Positions 1 to 11,745 are shown, counted from the stretch's first letter. The stretch: 64,000 nt of DNA from Octopus sinensis (GCF_006345805.1 NC_043008.1:34162001-34226000); one strand, 5' to 3'. Notes: generated by a model not told the origin, from the letters alone. A program made the numbers and translations.

Positions 1-49
1 TGTGTGTGTTGTGTGTGTGTATATATGTGTGTGTATGCATGTATGTCCG

Positions 50-97
<48 letters not shown>

Positions 98-423
98 GGA
101 CGTCATTTGAGTTGAGAAACTTTCGAAAATACTTGGAATGATAATGTTTTTGGAACGGCGAATCAGGAAGCAAAATAAAGTTATGAACAATGTCGTGTAA
201 ATTTTGGGTCCAGCAACATTTACAGGATATGTGTGTCGAATTCCACGAAAAGCTTTGCATTTTTTTCTATCCAGAAGTGTTTTTTTTTTTAAAGAAAAAT
301 CCAATATTTACAGATTTTTGTGCTTTGAGATTCACCGTTTCCCTCCACAAAAAGAGAATTATACAAACATGCACACCTACGTACATACATTCATACACAC
401 ACTCACACATGCACATATATATA

Positions 424-640
424 TATTTCTTTACTACCCACAAGGGGCTAAACACAGAGGAGACAAACAAGGACAGACATTAAGTCGATTACATCGACCC
501 CATTGCGTAACTGGTACTTTATTTATCGACCCCGAAAGGATGAAAGGCAAAGTCAACCTCGGCGGAATTTGAACTCAGAACGTAACGGCAGACGAAATAC
601 CGCTTAGCATTTCACCCGGCGCGCTAACGGTTCTGCCAGC
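424..640 (-). mobile_element. tRNA-type SINE family A, long-tail variant
   Basis: Minus strand has A-box (TGGCAGAAcCG), B-box (GAGTTCAAATT), a shared body and tail ...TTTAGCCCCTTGTGGGTAGTAAAGAAATA; many copies in the window. Confidence 0.85.
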
Positions 641-1124
641 ACAGTTGTATATACACCGGTCTGCAGGTATGTCTCTCTGAGTGTCTGACGGTCTGCCTCT
701 GTCTGTCTGTCTGTCTAACCTCCTCCCTGTCAGAGTGTTGACAATATTTATTAACAAGTACAAGTTATTATTTTTGCTGGTCTTTACAGGTGTCATTTTT
801 CTTTACATATTTTTTTTGTTATCCAAGTCATTATCACTATTATAAAATGCGATGTCGTCAAGGAGAGGATTTTCATGAAAGTGTGTAGAGTAAGAAAGAT
901 TATTTCGAATAGTTTAATTAGAATAACAAGTTTTAAAAACCACGGGAGTTATAGTAAAAAAAACACAAAAATGATATAGTTGTTAGTATCTTCGTTTGTT
1001 ACCTGGATGATAGGTGTGGAGGGCGTTAGTAAAAGTGTTAGTAGAGGACATCGAATGGAGAAGGGGTAGAAGATAGAGACAGAGATAGAGAGATAGGTAA
1101 AGATAAAGAGTGAAAGACAAGGTA

Positions 1125-1170
<46 letters not shown>

Positions 1171-1845
1171 TAAAAGGGGAAAGCAGCATAATTGCAGGTA
1201 TAAAGATGCATTTGGTTAATGAGATTGTAAGGTATGTGCCAGCTGGAGTAACAATACCAACTTCATTATCACCCCCAACACCGTAAGTTAACTATTTTTA
1301 TGTTATATTATTTATTTATTTACTTAGTTTTTTTTTGTAACTTTGTAACTCTCCTTGCAAAGAAAATTGTCGAATTTCCACTTAGTCAATAAACAGACTG
1401 GAATTTCACTTATTTTACCTTTACATTCATACATGGTGGAAGTTAATTCGTGACCAAGTAAGACCACTTCCTAAACTCAGTAAGTCGGTGCAAGTGTTCC
1501 GAGAGTCCAAGAAGTTTCTGTGCGTGAATTTGTTTTGAGTGGATAATGCGTTGCACATCACTGAACTCACTTATCGGTGCATTCAACTGTAAAACCAGTG
1601 GTGCAACAGACGTTGAGACGAAGTTTAGATTTTTTTTGTTGTTTTTGTATGAATTTACCTTTTAGAAGAAAATTCTAGTGAGAACTAAGGGGTCTTTCAC
1701 TACAAAGGCGTGGTTTACATGTTAATTAAATTTATTGTGGGGACCTTAACAGGTGTTGCTACTCAGGGTCAGAGTTTTCTAAGTTTTGTAAGTACATATG
1801 TACAAATACACACTCAGGCACATATGTACTTGTATACATATCTCT

Positions 1846-2091
1846 GTATGTATGTATGTATGTATGTATGTATATATGTATGTATGTATGTATGAATGTA
1901 TGTATGTATGTATGTATGTATGTATGTATGAATATATGTATGTATGTATGTACGTAAGTATGTTTGTACTTACAAAATTTCGAAGTTTCAGGTAAAGGTA
2001 TTTCATGTAGTGTTGACAAAAAGATAGCTGTCGACGTTTACGGTCATAGTTTGAGATTATTTATCGCACGTAGACATCTATCTATCAATCA

Positions 2092-2146
<55 letters not shown>

Positions 2147-2187
2147 AATCTATCAATCTATCTATCTATCAATCTATCAATCTATCA

Positions 2188-2238
<51 letters not shown>

Positions 2239-2296
2239 AATCGATCCATCCATCCATCTGTTCATCTATATATCTATCTATCTATCTATTTATCAA
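1846..2296. repeat. (ATGT)n and (TCTA)n microsatellite arrays
   Basis: Visible tandem tetranucleotides; source of spurious MYVC/YLSI ORFs. Confidence 0.95.
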
Positions 2297-2614
2297 CTTA
2301 CCTACTTACTTGTCCTCTATCTGTTTGCCTGACGAGATAGACAGACAAGTAGAGAAAGGGAGACAAAGAGAGAGAAGGAGAGAAAGAGAGAGAGAGAAGG
2401 AGAGAAAGAAAGAGAGCTACACAGATAAATATGCATATGTGTATGTCAGTATCTATGCAATGCATGTATCTATGTGTGCGTGTGTGCATTTAATGTATGT
2501 ACTCTTTGAAATATTATGCACACACACACACACACACATACTATATATATATCTATATTAATATATATATATATATATAAATGTATGTGTGTTGTGGATA
2601 TATCTATCTATATA

Positions 2615-2659
<45 letters not shown>

Positions 2660-2784
2660 GTGTATGTGTGTGTGTGTGTGTGTGTCTGTGTGTGTTGGCG
2701 GGTCTGTGTTGTAAGAAGTTTACTTCCCAACCACATGGTACTGGGTTCAATTCCACTATAACATTTTTTTTATCGGTAAAGAGA

Positions 2785-3055
2785 TTCTTCAATTTATTTT
2801 CGTCCGTCTTTACATTCTGAGTTCAAATGCTGCCAAGGGTGAACTTTGTCTTTCATCCCTTTCGGGGTCGATGAAATAAGTACCGGTTGAGCACAGTGGT
2901 TGATGTAATTGACTAGACCCATTCCCTGCCACCTCCTACAAGTTTCAGATCCTTCAGGGGTCGATAAATTAAGTATCAGTAAAACACCGGGGTCGATGTA
3001 ATCGACTGGTCTTCTCCCTACAAATTTCAGGTCTTGTGTCTATAGTAAAAAGGAT
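2785..3055 (+). mobile_element. SINE family A, degenerate, with partial internal duplication
   Basis: ttctgagttcaaat...ggggtcgat...aagtacc body occurs twice. Confidence 0.75.
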
Positions 3056-3066
3056 TATTATTATTT

Positions 3067-4062
3067 GACGGAGCTACAGTCCTGGATCAAGCGTAGATCC
3101 AGAAAGGGCGCTTGACACCTTAGGTGTCGGCAAGCGCTCACAGCTTTCTGCCAGTCGGGCAACGCGGTCGGTGGAACTTCCACTATGGAGTTATATAGGG
3201 AATTAGTGGAGGGAAAGAGCCACGATGTCCTTGGGGAAACTCTAGGCGTCGGGAGGGATCAATTAACTGGTCTTTTCCGGAGGACTTTCGGGCCGAGACC
3301 TATGGATAACCTCCAGAAATCTTTGACCTGACAGTGCTACCGGGGGCTCTGCCGGTTCGAGAGAAGCTCTACAGACACGGAAGTACTGTCAGACGGACTT
3401 GTCCGAGGTGTGCGTAGGGCGACGAAACCGTCCTGCATGCATTTGTCCAGTGTCCGTGCATTACTGGCTGGTAGAGCTTTGTTGAACAGCTGTTGTCGCA
3501 TGTAGGATGGTTCTGGTTATCAGCCGAGTCCATCGTGAAGATAACCCCGCTACCTTCCTTTGGCCGGGAAGGAAAGACAATTCTCTATCTGGTGGTTATG
3601 GCAAAAGAGGTAGTATTGTGAACGAGATTGAAAGGACTGGAGACATACTTTCCTCTTCGGCCAAGCCCTCATTGACTTTTTCAAGTTCCACTTGAAACAG
3701 ATAGTGAGAGTAGAGAGGGAAGTCCTTAGCTAGTAAATTTGTTGAAAGGTGGGTGAATGTGGTGAGGATGGCCCGTGTGAATGGGCCTACCCTGCACTTT
3801 TGTTTGTAAACCGGAGGAGTTGGGAAGGAGAGAGACGCCTGCTGAGGTGTATCTGGTGATCGAGATAACCAGAATGTGTGGGGTTCCTCGGTTGTCCTTG
3901 TGAGGAACTACCCGCTTTTCAGAAATTTTATTGTTTAATTGTATTGTTAATTGTCTTTGTTATTTTATCGTTTACTTGATTTTGGTGTAAAACCGCACGT
4001 GTTCTTCGTTTTGCATTGCCCCTATTTATTTTGCGTTCAGCCCTTGTGGCCAATAAAGAAAC
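3067..4062 (+). mobile_element. L1/Tx1-like LINE, 5'-truncated ORF2 C-terminus plus 3' UTR (pseudogene)
   Basis: Manual translation gives ALPVREKLYRHG...CPRC..DETVLHAFVQCP (zf-RVT-like CCHC), with stops; ends in AGCCCTTGTGGCCAATAAAGAAAC before (TAA)n. Confidence 0.8.
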
Positions 4063-4093
4063 GCAAATAATAATAATAATAATAATAATAATT

Positions 4094-4406
4094 GAGTGAG
4101 AGAGCAGTGCATGCCATCAAAGTGACACTGGGGTAAAATATACGAACCTCCAAGAATTCCTTTCTACACACGGCTATGATGCTCCCCCACAACTTCATGC
4201 TTGTGATCAGAGATGCACATATTGTCAGCTACTAAGTGATGGTCAACAGGTTAATGTCAAACAACTGACAAGCAAATCAGTGGGATTGAGCAGAATATTT
4301 GCTGTAGCCCATCTTTTATACTAAGACAAAACAATGTACATGATAACACTTCCAATCAGTTAAGATCAGAAGCCATGAGAGCCACTGTCTGGTACTGCAT
4401 CAGGGC
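4094..4406 (+). mobile_element. Unclassified interspersed repeat associated with (TAA)n arrays, internally deleted copy
   Basis: Homologous to 50447-50904, 60665-61071 and 62444-62875. Confidence 0.8.
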
Positions 4407-4478
<72 letters not shown>

Positions 4479-5029
4479 CATTATTATCATTATTATTATT
4501 ATTATTTACGATTTTATAATAAAAGCAAGCTTCTTAAAAACGAAAATATCCAATTGTGGCATGTGAAAGAAATTATCCAATACGGAGTTGTGAACGGAGT
4601 AATGAACGGAAACATTATATAGTTTATGCCTGTTATCTATTTTAATCATTGGACTGCGGCCATGCTGGGACACCACAATGAAGGATTTTTGTGGAACAAA
4701 TCGATCACTATACATATTTTAAAATCTAGCGCTCACTCTATCAGTCACTATGACATAACCGCTATGTCACAGGGACATAAAAAAAACCAACACCTGTTGT
4801 CAAGTGGTGGGGTGCACAAATACAAATACATCATGTAAACATACATACATAATACGTAGCTATGTACGTAATACATACATACGTACATACATATACCTAT
4901 GTACGTAGTAAGTGCATATATACATGCATACACATATACATACGTACGTACATACATATGTACGTACGTGCATACATACATACATACATACATACATACA
5001 TACATACATACATACATACATACATACAT

Positions 5030-5762
5030 TATTGCTGCCCCCTCGTTATCGAGTATGGCCATTGCACAAAGCTTAACTGTTACTGGTACTGTGATCGGTC
5101 TTGTACAAAATTGGCAACTAATACTTTACTGGTAATAGCCGGCTGTAGTTGTAACTGGGCTTCATGTACCTTTGCATGTCGTTTAAGTCCTCCTGCCGAA
5201 TTACACTCTCTTCCACATGCACGACAGATATGATTAGTATGGTGTGTTACACCACCACCAGTGGCCAGGTTGTCACTCATCTGTCTCGTTTTATGACTAC
5301 GATGACTCTTGAGTCCAGCTTTATTGAGGCAGGGTCTTGCACAGACATTGCATGTCAGCATCAAAGGAAGACCCTTCCCTTCTGGAAGTGTAACAGCGAT
5401 GCCCTTCCTGACATCCCTCCTTACGTTCTCATGTGCAACTTGAGATTTCTCAAAAGTGGCTGTCTCCTCATGCGCAATCCTTCTCCACCTGCTACGATCA
5501 ATAGCTATGCCTTCCCATGTGTCAGGAGAGATGCAAGCATCTCTTAAGGAAACCTTCAGCAAGTCCTTATACCTCTTTTTTGGTTTATGTGGAGGTCGTT
5601 CTCCTTTAGCTAACTCTTCATAAAAGAGTTGTTTTGGCATCCTTAAATCCTTCATTCTGACCAGATGCCACTCCATCTGAGCCTTTGCTTTAACACAAGA
5701 GCTTCTATCTTTCACAACTTCACACCGGAGAGCCTTCCAATATTTCAAGATCACTGATGCGG
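5030..5762 (-). mobile_element. RTE-clade LINE 3' fragment with C-terminal C2H2-like zinc fingers
   Basis: HLVRMKDLRMPKQLFYEELAKGERPPHKPKKRYKD...WEGIAIDRSRWR is RTE-like; CNVC..H and CRAC..H..H motifs; flanked by (ATAC)n on both sides. Confidence 0.85.
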
Positions 5763-5949
5763 TCATACATACATACATACATACATACATACATACATAC
5801 ATACATACATACATACATACATCATACATACATACACACACACACATGCATACATACATACATACATACATACATACATACATACATACATACATACATA
5901 CATACATACATACATACATACATACATACGTACGTACGTACGTACATAC

Positions 5950-6647
5950 CAGTGGCGGCTCGTAGATAAAATTAGTGGGAGTGCTGCTTCAAACAATTTT
6001 TAGCCATTGTTTCAATATTGTGTAAAAGGAAACAAACATAAAAAGAAAATTTATACATAAACCTGATCGGTTCGCGTTTTAGCCACGGCTGGGTAATGTG
6101 TTTACTTCGTTCACTGAATACCGCCGCGAATTCCCCCTTGTTTTTCAAAAATCCCCCACTAAATCAAAAATAAAGGGTGGGGGAATGTGCCCTATTTTCC
6201 AAATGCTGGCAGCAACACTGAAGCTGAAAACAGGATAATAATCTAATTCTACACTTTACCACATTCAAGAATATAATGACGGTTTTAAGCGCAACACACG
6301 CGGTGTCAAAAAGAAACACTACATTTCACCCGGCACTGCTGTCGTTCACGCTATGCTCTCTCTCTTCCTAGTGTGAAGCTTCCTATCTCGGACTTGTGAG
6401 CATGCACACAACAGCCAAACACTGAGTCGCTGGAACTGTGAAGCGCACAGTTCTATACAAGGATTTTTGTATCTTTTTCATAAACTAAGGGATGGCTACT
6501 GACATTAAGCTTAAAGATTATATAACGTACAAGTATAAAGAAAAGATTAAAGAAAAATAGGACTCATTCTATTGAGTGTTATCGATAATATCGAGTGCAA
6601 ATAGGGGGTGCTGCAGTTCCGCTGTTCCTATACACGAGCCGCCACTG
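5950..6647. mobile_element. hAT-type non-autonomous DNA transposon (MITE)
   Basis: TIR CAGTGGCGGCTCGT...ACGAGCCGCCACTG; flanking 8-mers gtacatac/gtatatac (7/8 match). Confidence 0.75.
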
Positions 6648-6989
6648 GTATATACATACATACATACATACATACATACATACATACATACATACATGCG
6701 TACATACATATGTACATACATAGATACATACATACGTACATACATACATATGTACATATATACGTGCATACGTTCATACAGACGTACTTACATAAATACA
6801 TACATACATGCGTACATAATACGTACATAGATGTATACATGCATACATACGTACATACATATTTGCATACATGCATACATACATATTTGCATACATACAT
6901 ACATACATACATACATACATACATACATACATACATACATACATACGCATACATAAATAAAAGGCAAAGATCTTTCGAGAGTCATATTG

Positions 6990-7195
6990 ACCCATAAGAC
7001 CTGTTTTCTAGTTTCTGTGGTGTATATATTATCCCCTGGAAGGTATACCGATCTATCCCAGGATTACTCATCTTTGCCAGCTGAATGAACTAGAGCAACG
7101 TAAAATGAAGATTTTTGCGTAAGAATAACGCTCGATCCAGGAATCGAAACTACAATCTTACGATCATGACTCCAACACCCTAATCACTAAGCCAC
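6990..7195 (-). mobile_element. CORE-like tRNA SINE (family C), degenerate
   Basis: Similar to 41545-41790; B-box GTTTCGATTCC on minus strand. Confidence 0.65.
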
Positions 7196-7387
7196 TCAGC
7201 TGAACACACACAGTGTCTCTATCAACGAAATTCACTCACAAGGCATTAGTCGGCCCAGGGCCATAGTTGAAGACGCTCAAGGTGCCGTGCAGTAGGACTG
7301 ATCTGAAAGCATATAATTGAAAAGTAAACTTTTTAAACACCACGTCCATGCCTGCTTTCTCCTTAAATGTCCCGTGTGTGTGTATAC

Positions 7388-7431
<44 letters not shown>

Positions 7432-7539
7432 ATATATATATATTATAATATATATATATATATATTATATATATAATATATACATATGTATATATATATG
7501 TGTGTGTGTGTATTGTGTGTGTGTGTGTGTGTGTGTGGT

Positions 7540-7745
7540 TTTTGTGTGTGGTGTGTGCATTTGTGCTCCAACATTGCTTGACAACCGATGCTGGTGTTTT
7601 TACGCCCTCGTTAACTGGCGTTTTCGGCAAAAGAACCGATCGAATAAGTACTAGGCTCACAAAGAATAAGTCCATGGGTTGATTTGCTCGACTAAAGCGG
7701 TAATCCAGCGTGGCCGCAGTCAAATGACTGTAACAAGTAGAAGAG
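7540..7745 (+). mobile_element. SINE family B 3' tail
   Basis: ttgacaaccgatgctggtg...gccgcagtcaaatgactg shared with 58289-58695. Confidence 0.75.
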
Positions 7746-7798
7746 TAAAAGAATAAAAGAACAGAATATATTATATATATATAATATATATATATATA

Positions 7799-8250
7799 CT
7801 AGCAGTATCACCATCACCCGGTGTTGCTTGGGTTTGTTTCGACCCTTTAGAATTGGAATTTTTGAAAAGTAAATACTTTGCATTATACAACTTGTTATTC
7901 TCTTCAAGTGAACATTTTTTCAGTTGAAATACACCGAAAAATGGTGACACGGCAGTCAAAAATCGTAAAAAATAAGGATTTTCATAGAAAAAAAGTACCT
8001 TTTTGATGTAAATAATTTTTGGTCATAACATGGTCCGATTTGAATTTTATCTTCTACAGAATGATGAGCAAGCCTTCTTCTATCATACTCTCAATTTTGT
8101 TCAACTTGTGCTGCAGGGTCTCGAAGGAGATAGTGTTAGTTGAAGGCTACCAAACCTGCCGCACACAGACAACTTCAGCTTTATATGTATAGATTTGCTA
8201 CACACTACTTTCCTGCCACACACAGACAACTTCAGCTTTATATGTATAGA
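7799..8250 (-). mobile_element. Non-autonomous Helitron
   Basis: Minus strand 5' A|TCTATACATATAAAG at 8193 and 8250; 3' GC-rich hairpin-like CCCAAGCAACACCGGG followed by CTAG|T at 7799. Confidence 0.75.
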
Positions 8251-9315
8251 TTTGCTACACACTACTTTCCATCCTTAATAATGAAACTTGGTGGATCCAA
8301 AAGTTAAACACACAGACACACACACAGATACACACACAGACACACACACAGATACACACAGAGACACACAAGTTGAGTTTTATATATATAGATTTCTCAA
8401 CGGGGATTTCAGTGGAGAGTTTCAGGGAGTCGCTGGCAATGTATCGTGATGATCAAAAATCCGGCCTGCTAAAATTTGGTTAAAGTGATTCAAACTGCAG
8501 ACTCAATGCAAAATGGTCACATTTAATTCAAAGCGTTAAAAATGTTATGAAAACAATTGGTATGTGTTCACAAAGTCCAAACGATTAATACGAAAAAACC
8601 CTCCAGGCTACATCCGAAAATTCATTTATTTGCCGAATTTCTACAATGTTTACGTCGATTCATTTTTATATCTTGATTTATTATTTTTCATGCAATTTAC
8701 GCATGCTTGCATGCGTGGTGAACACAGTTCACGTCAAACAGCTGACTGAGTAAAGTTCACTATTCAATGCATGGGATAAGGCCTAAACAAACACATTATC
8801 GATTTTTGCACTTGCGAGATGAATTTCGCAGCAGAAATAGCGCAGTTCAATTTTCATTCGCCTAAACTTTAAGAGACCCATTTTTGGTGGTTCTACGATT
8901 TGTTGGCTAGGAGGAGATGTGCCGGGAAGTTAAACACACAGATACACATACAGACACACAAGTTGAGTTTTATATATATATATATATTCTGTTCTTTTAT
9001 TCTTTTACGCTTATATATATAGAGAGAGTGAGAGGGGGGAGAGATAGAGAGATTGATATATGTATTTGTGTGAGTAGTGTTGTTATCGCCTATCGTTATG
9101 TCACTCCCAACTGAGCAGAACTATGGTCAAAGATATTCCAACCGTGGCCACTTCGACTTTTCTTCAACCATATTATGTTTAGGATCCCACCTCCCATTAT
9201 GACACTTTTTGAATACACAAGCATTTGAAATTTCAAGGTGTGACTTCTATTTCAAGCAAGCTGTGCATTCACGTAGCGGCTTCCTTCGTTCTATCGTTAT
9301 TATGTTATTATACTA

Positions 9316-9907
9316 AGACGGCAAGCTGGCAGAAACGTTAGCACGCCAGGAGAAATGCTTAGCGGTATTTCGTCTGTCTTTACGTTCTGAGTTCAAATTC
9401 CGCCGATGTCGACTTTGCCTTTCATCCTTTCGGGGTCGATAAATTAAGTACCAGTTGCATACTGGGGTCGATTTAATCGACTATCCCCTTCCCCCAAAGT
9501 TCCGGGCCTTGTGCCTAGAGTAGAATAGATTATTCTAAGGCGGCGAGCTGGTAGAAACGTTAGCACGCCAGGCGAAATGCTTACCGGTATTTCGTCTGCG
9601 ATTACGTTCTGAGTTCAAATTCTGCCGAGGTCGACTTTGCCATTCATCCATTCAGGGTCGATTAAATAAGTACCAGTTACGCACAGGGGTCGATATAATC
9701 GACTTAATCCGTTTGCCTGTCCTTGTTTTTCCTACCTGTGTTTAGCCCCTTGTGGGTAGTAAAGAAATAGGGACTTATTTATCGACCCTGAAAGAATGAA
9801 AGGCAAAGTCGACCTCGGCGGAATTTCAGGTCAGCACGCATAGCCGGACGAAATGATGCTAAGCATTTTGCTCGGCGTGCTGAGGATTATGTCAGCTTGC
9901 CGCCTTA
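9316..9907. mobile_element. Cluster of three family A SINEs (+ 9316-9525, + long-tail 9537-9769, - 9770-9907)
   Basis: Repeated head AAGGCGGCGAGCTGG and body; third copy inverted. Confidence 0.85.
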
Positions 9908-9939
9908 AGGTAGTTAGTTCCATAGTACATACTCTAGTG

Positions 9940-10007
9940 CAGCGGTCCCCAACCTTGTTTTGACACCATGGACTGGTTTCATGCAAAATAATTTTTCCAT
10001 GGACAGG
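9940..10007. mobile_element. hAT-Charlie-like terminal fragment
   Basis: CAGCGGTCCCCAACC..GACACCATGGACTGGTTTC..TTTTTCCATGGAC, preceded by ctctagtg, close to the Charlie NTCTARAN target; only one end present. Confidence 0.55.
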
Positions 10008-10179
10008 AAAGATCATGTGCATAACAAAACAATAAACTGCATAATATATAACTGAATTTTTACATATATAATACAAATCTTTTAACATATATGAATATAT
10101 ATGTAATAAATAATACATATACATTATATGTTTTAAACATGTGCATACGTACATATATATATATATTTAAATATATATG

Positions 10180-10224
<45 letters not shown>

Positions 10225-10225
<1 letters not shown>

Positions 10226-10860
10226 TAATCCAAACAAGAAAACACAGAAAAAAACACAGCAACGCAGGACGTGGAACAATTAAAGTATTATTGACGCTCA
10301 GGAAAGAAGGGAAGGAGAGTTTAACGTTTCGAGGGGAGCTCTTCATCGGAAACAAGGAGAAGGAAAGATCCCAAGAAGGGAAGACAGAGGAAAACATATT
10401 TGAGCTGGTGGTGCTCAAGAGATCACATGTTGAAAGAACAGAAGTTGAGAGGTAGTCGAATCATGGTTTTTAAAATCAAGAGAGTTTCAAAAAAGGAATG
10501 CGTGTGTGTGTGTGTGTGTGTGTGTGCAAGGATGACAAGTGTGTTTGTGCGTGTGTGTGTGTGTGTGTATTTTGGGTGAATAATAAGCAATGACAAAGTC
10601 AGCTGTCATAAGGCACTCCTTTATGACTACTAGCTGTTTGTATCAAGCCAGGTCAAAGCCAGGTCAAAAAACAAAGGGCTATATGTATCATGTGTGTGTG
10701 TGTTGTTTGTAGTGTGTGTGTGTGCATCTGTGTGTTCGTGTGTGTATGCGTAGAGTGTGGGTGTGTGGCGAGTAACTGCTTAACCTAGTGTGTGTGTGCG
10801 TGTGTGCTTGTACGTGCGTGTGTGTGTGTAGGGATGTATGTGTGGGTTCATTTGTGTGAG
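10225..10860 (-). mobile_element. Probable non-autonomous Penelope-derived element with an HHR-like motif at 10319-10353
   Basis: GTTT-CCGATGA-aGAG(ctccc)CTC-GAAACGTT-AAAC; boundaries approximate. Confidence 0.5.
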
Positions 10861-10863
10861 AGT

Positions 10864-11173
<310 letters not shown>

Positions 11174-11177
11174 TATA

Positions 11178-11237
<60 letters not shown>

Positions 11238-11309
11238 TATATATATCCTTAAATCCTTAAAAATGTTTTAGCCCAAGGCCGCGGCCATGCTGGGGCACCA
11301 CCGCTGAAT

Positions 11310-11520
11310 GAGCTACACTAGTTTGTGAATCCACCTCTGATACGTGGCACTTGATCAACAAGGGAGTTCGATGCTGCTGCCCGCATCCGTGTCTCCTGTC
11401 GTGAGGTAGGTTCATCTGGGACTCCCAACAAGAAGAGATCCAGTTTAGTTTTAAGAAACCCACATCCACACCATGTAAGTCTCCAGGCATTTAGGGAGGA
11501 TGTTAAAGAGCTGTGGTCCT
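11310..11520 (-). mobile_element. CR1-like LINE 3' terminal fragment
   Basis: [17 protein letters not shown]...[11 protein letters not shown] resembles the C-terminus of the 29.3 kb LINE. Confidence 0.65.
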
Positions 11521-11555
11521 CTGAAACATATATATATATATACATATATATATAT

Positions 11556-11639
<84 letters not shown>

Positions 11640-11683
11640 TTATATATAATATATATATGTATATATATAATATATATGTATAT

Positions 11684-11745
<62 letters not shown>

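Noticed and set aside
1199-1283. Plus-strand candidate exon ending in GTAAGT
   Set aside because: No polypyrimidine tract, no recognisable peptide and no partner exon.
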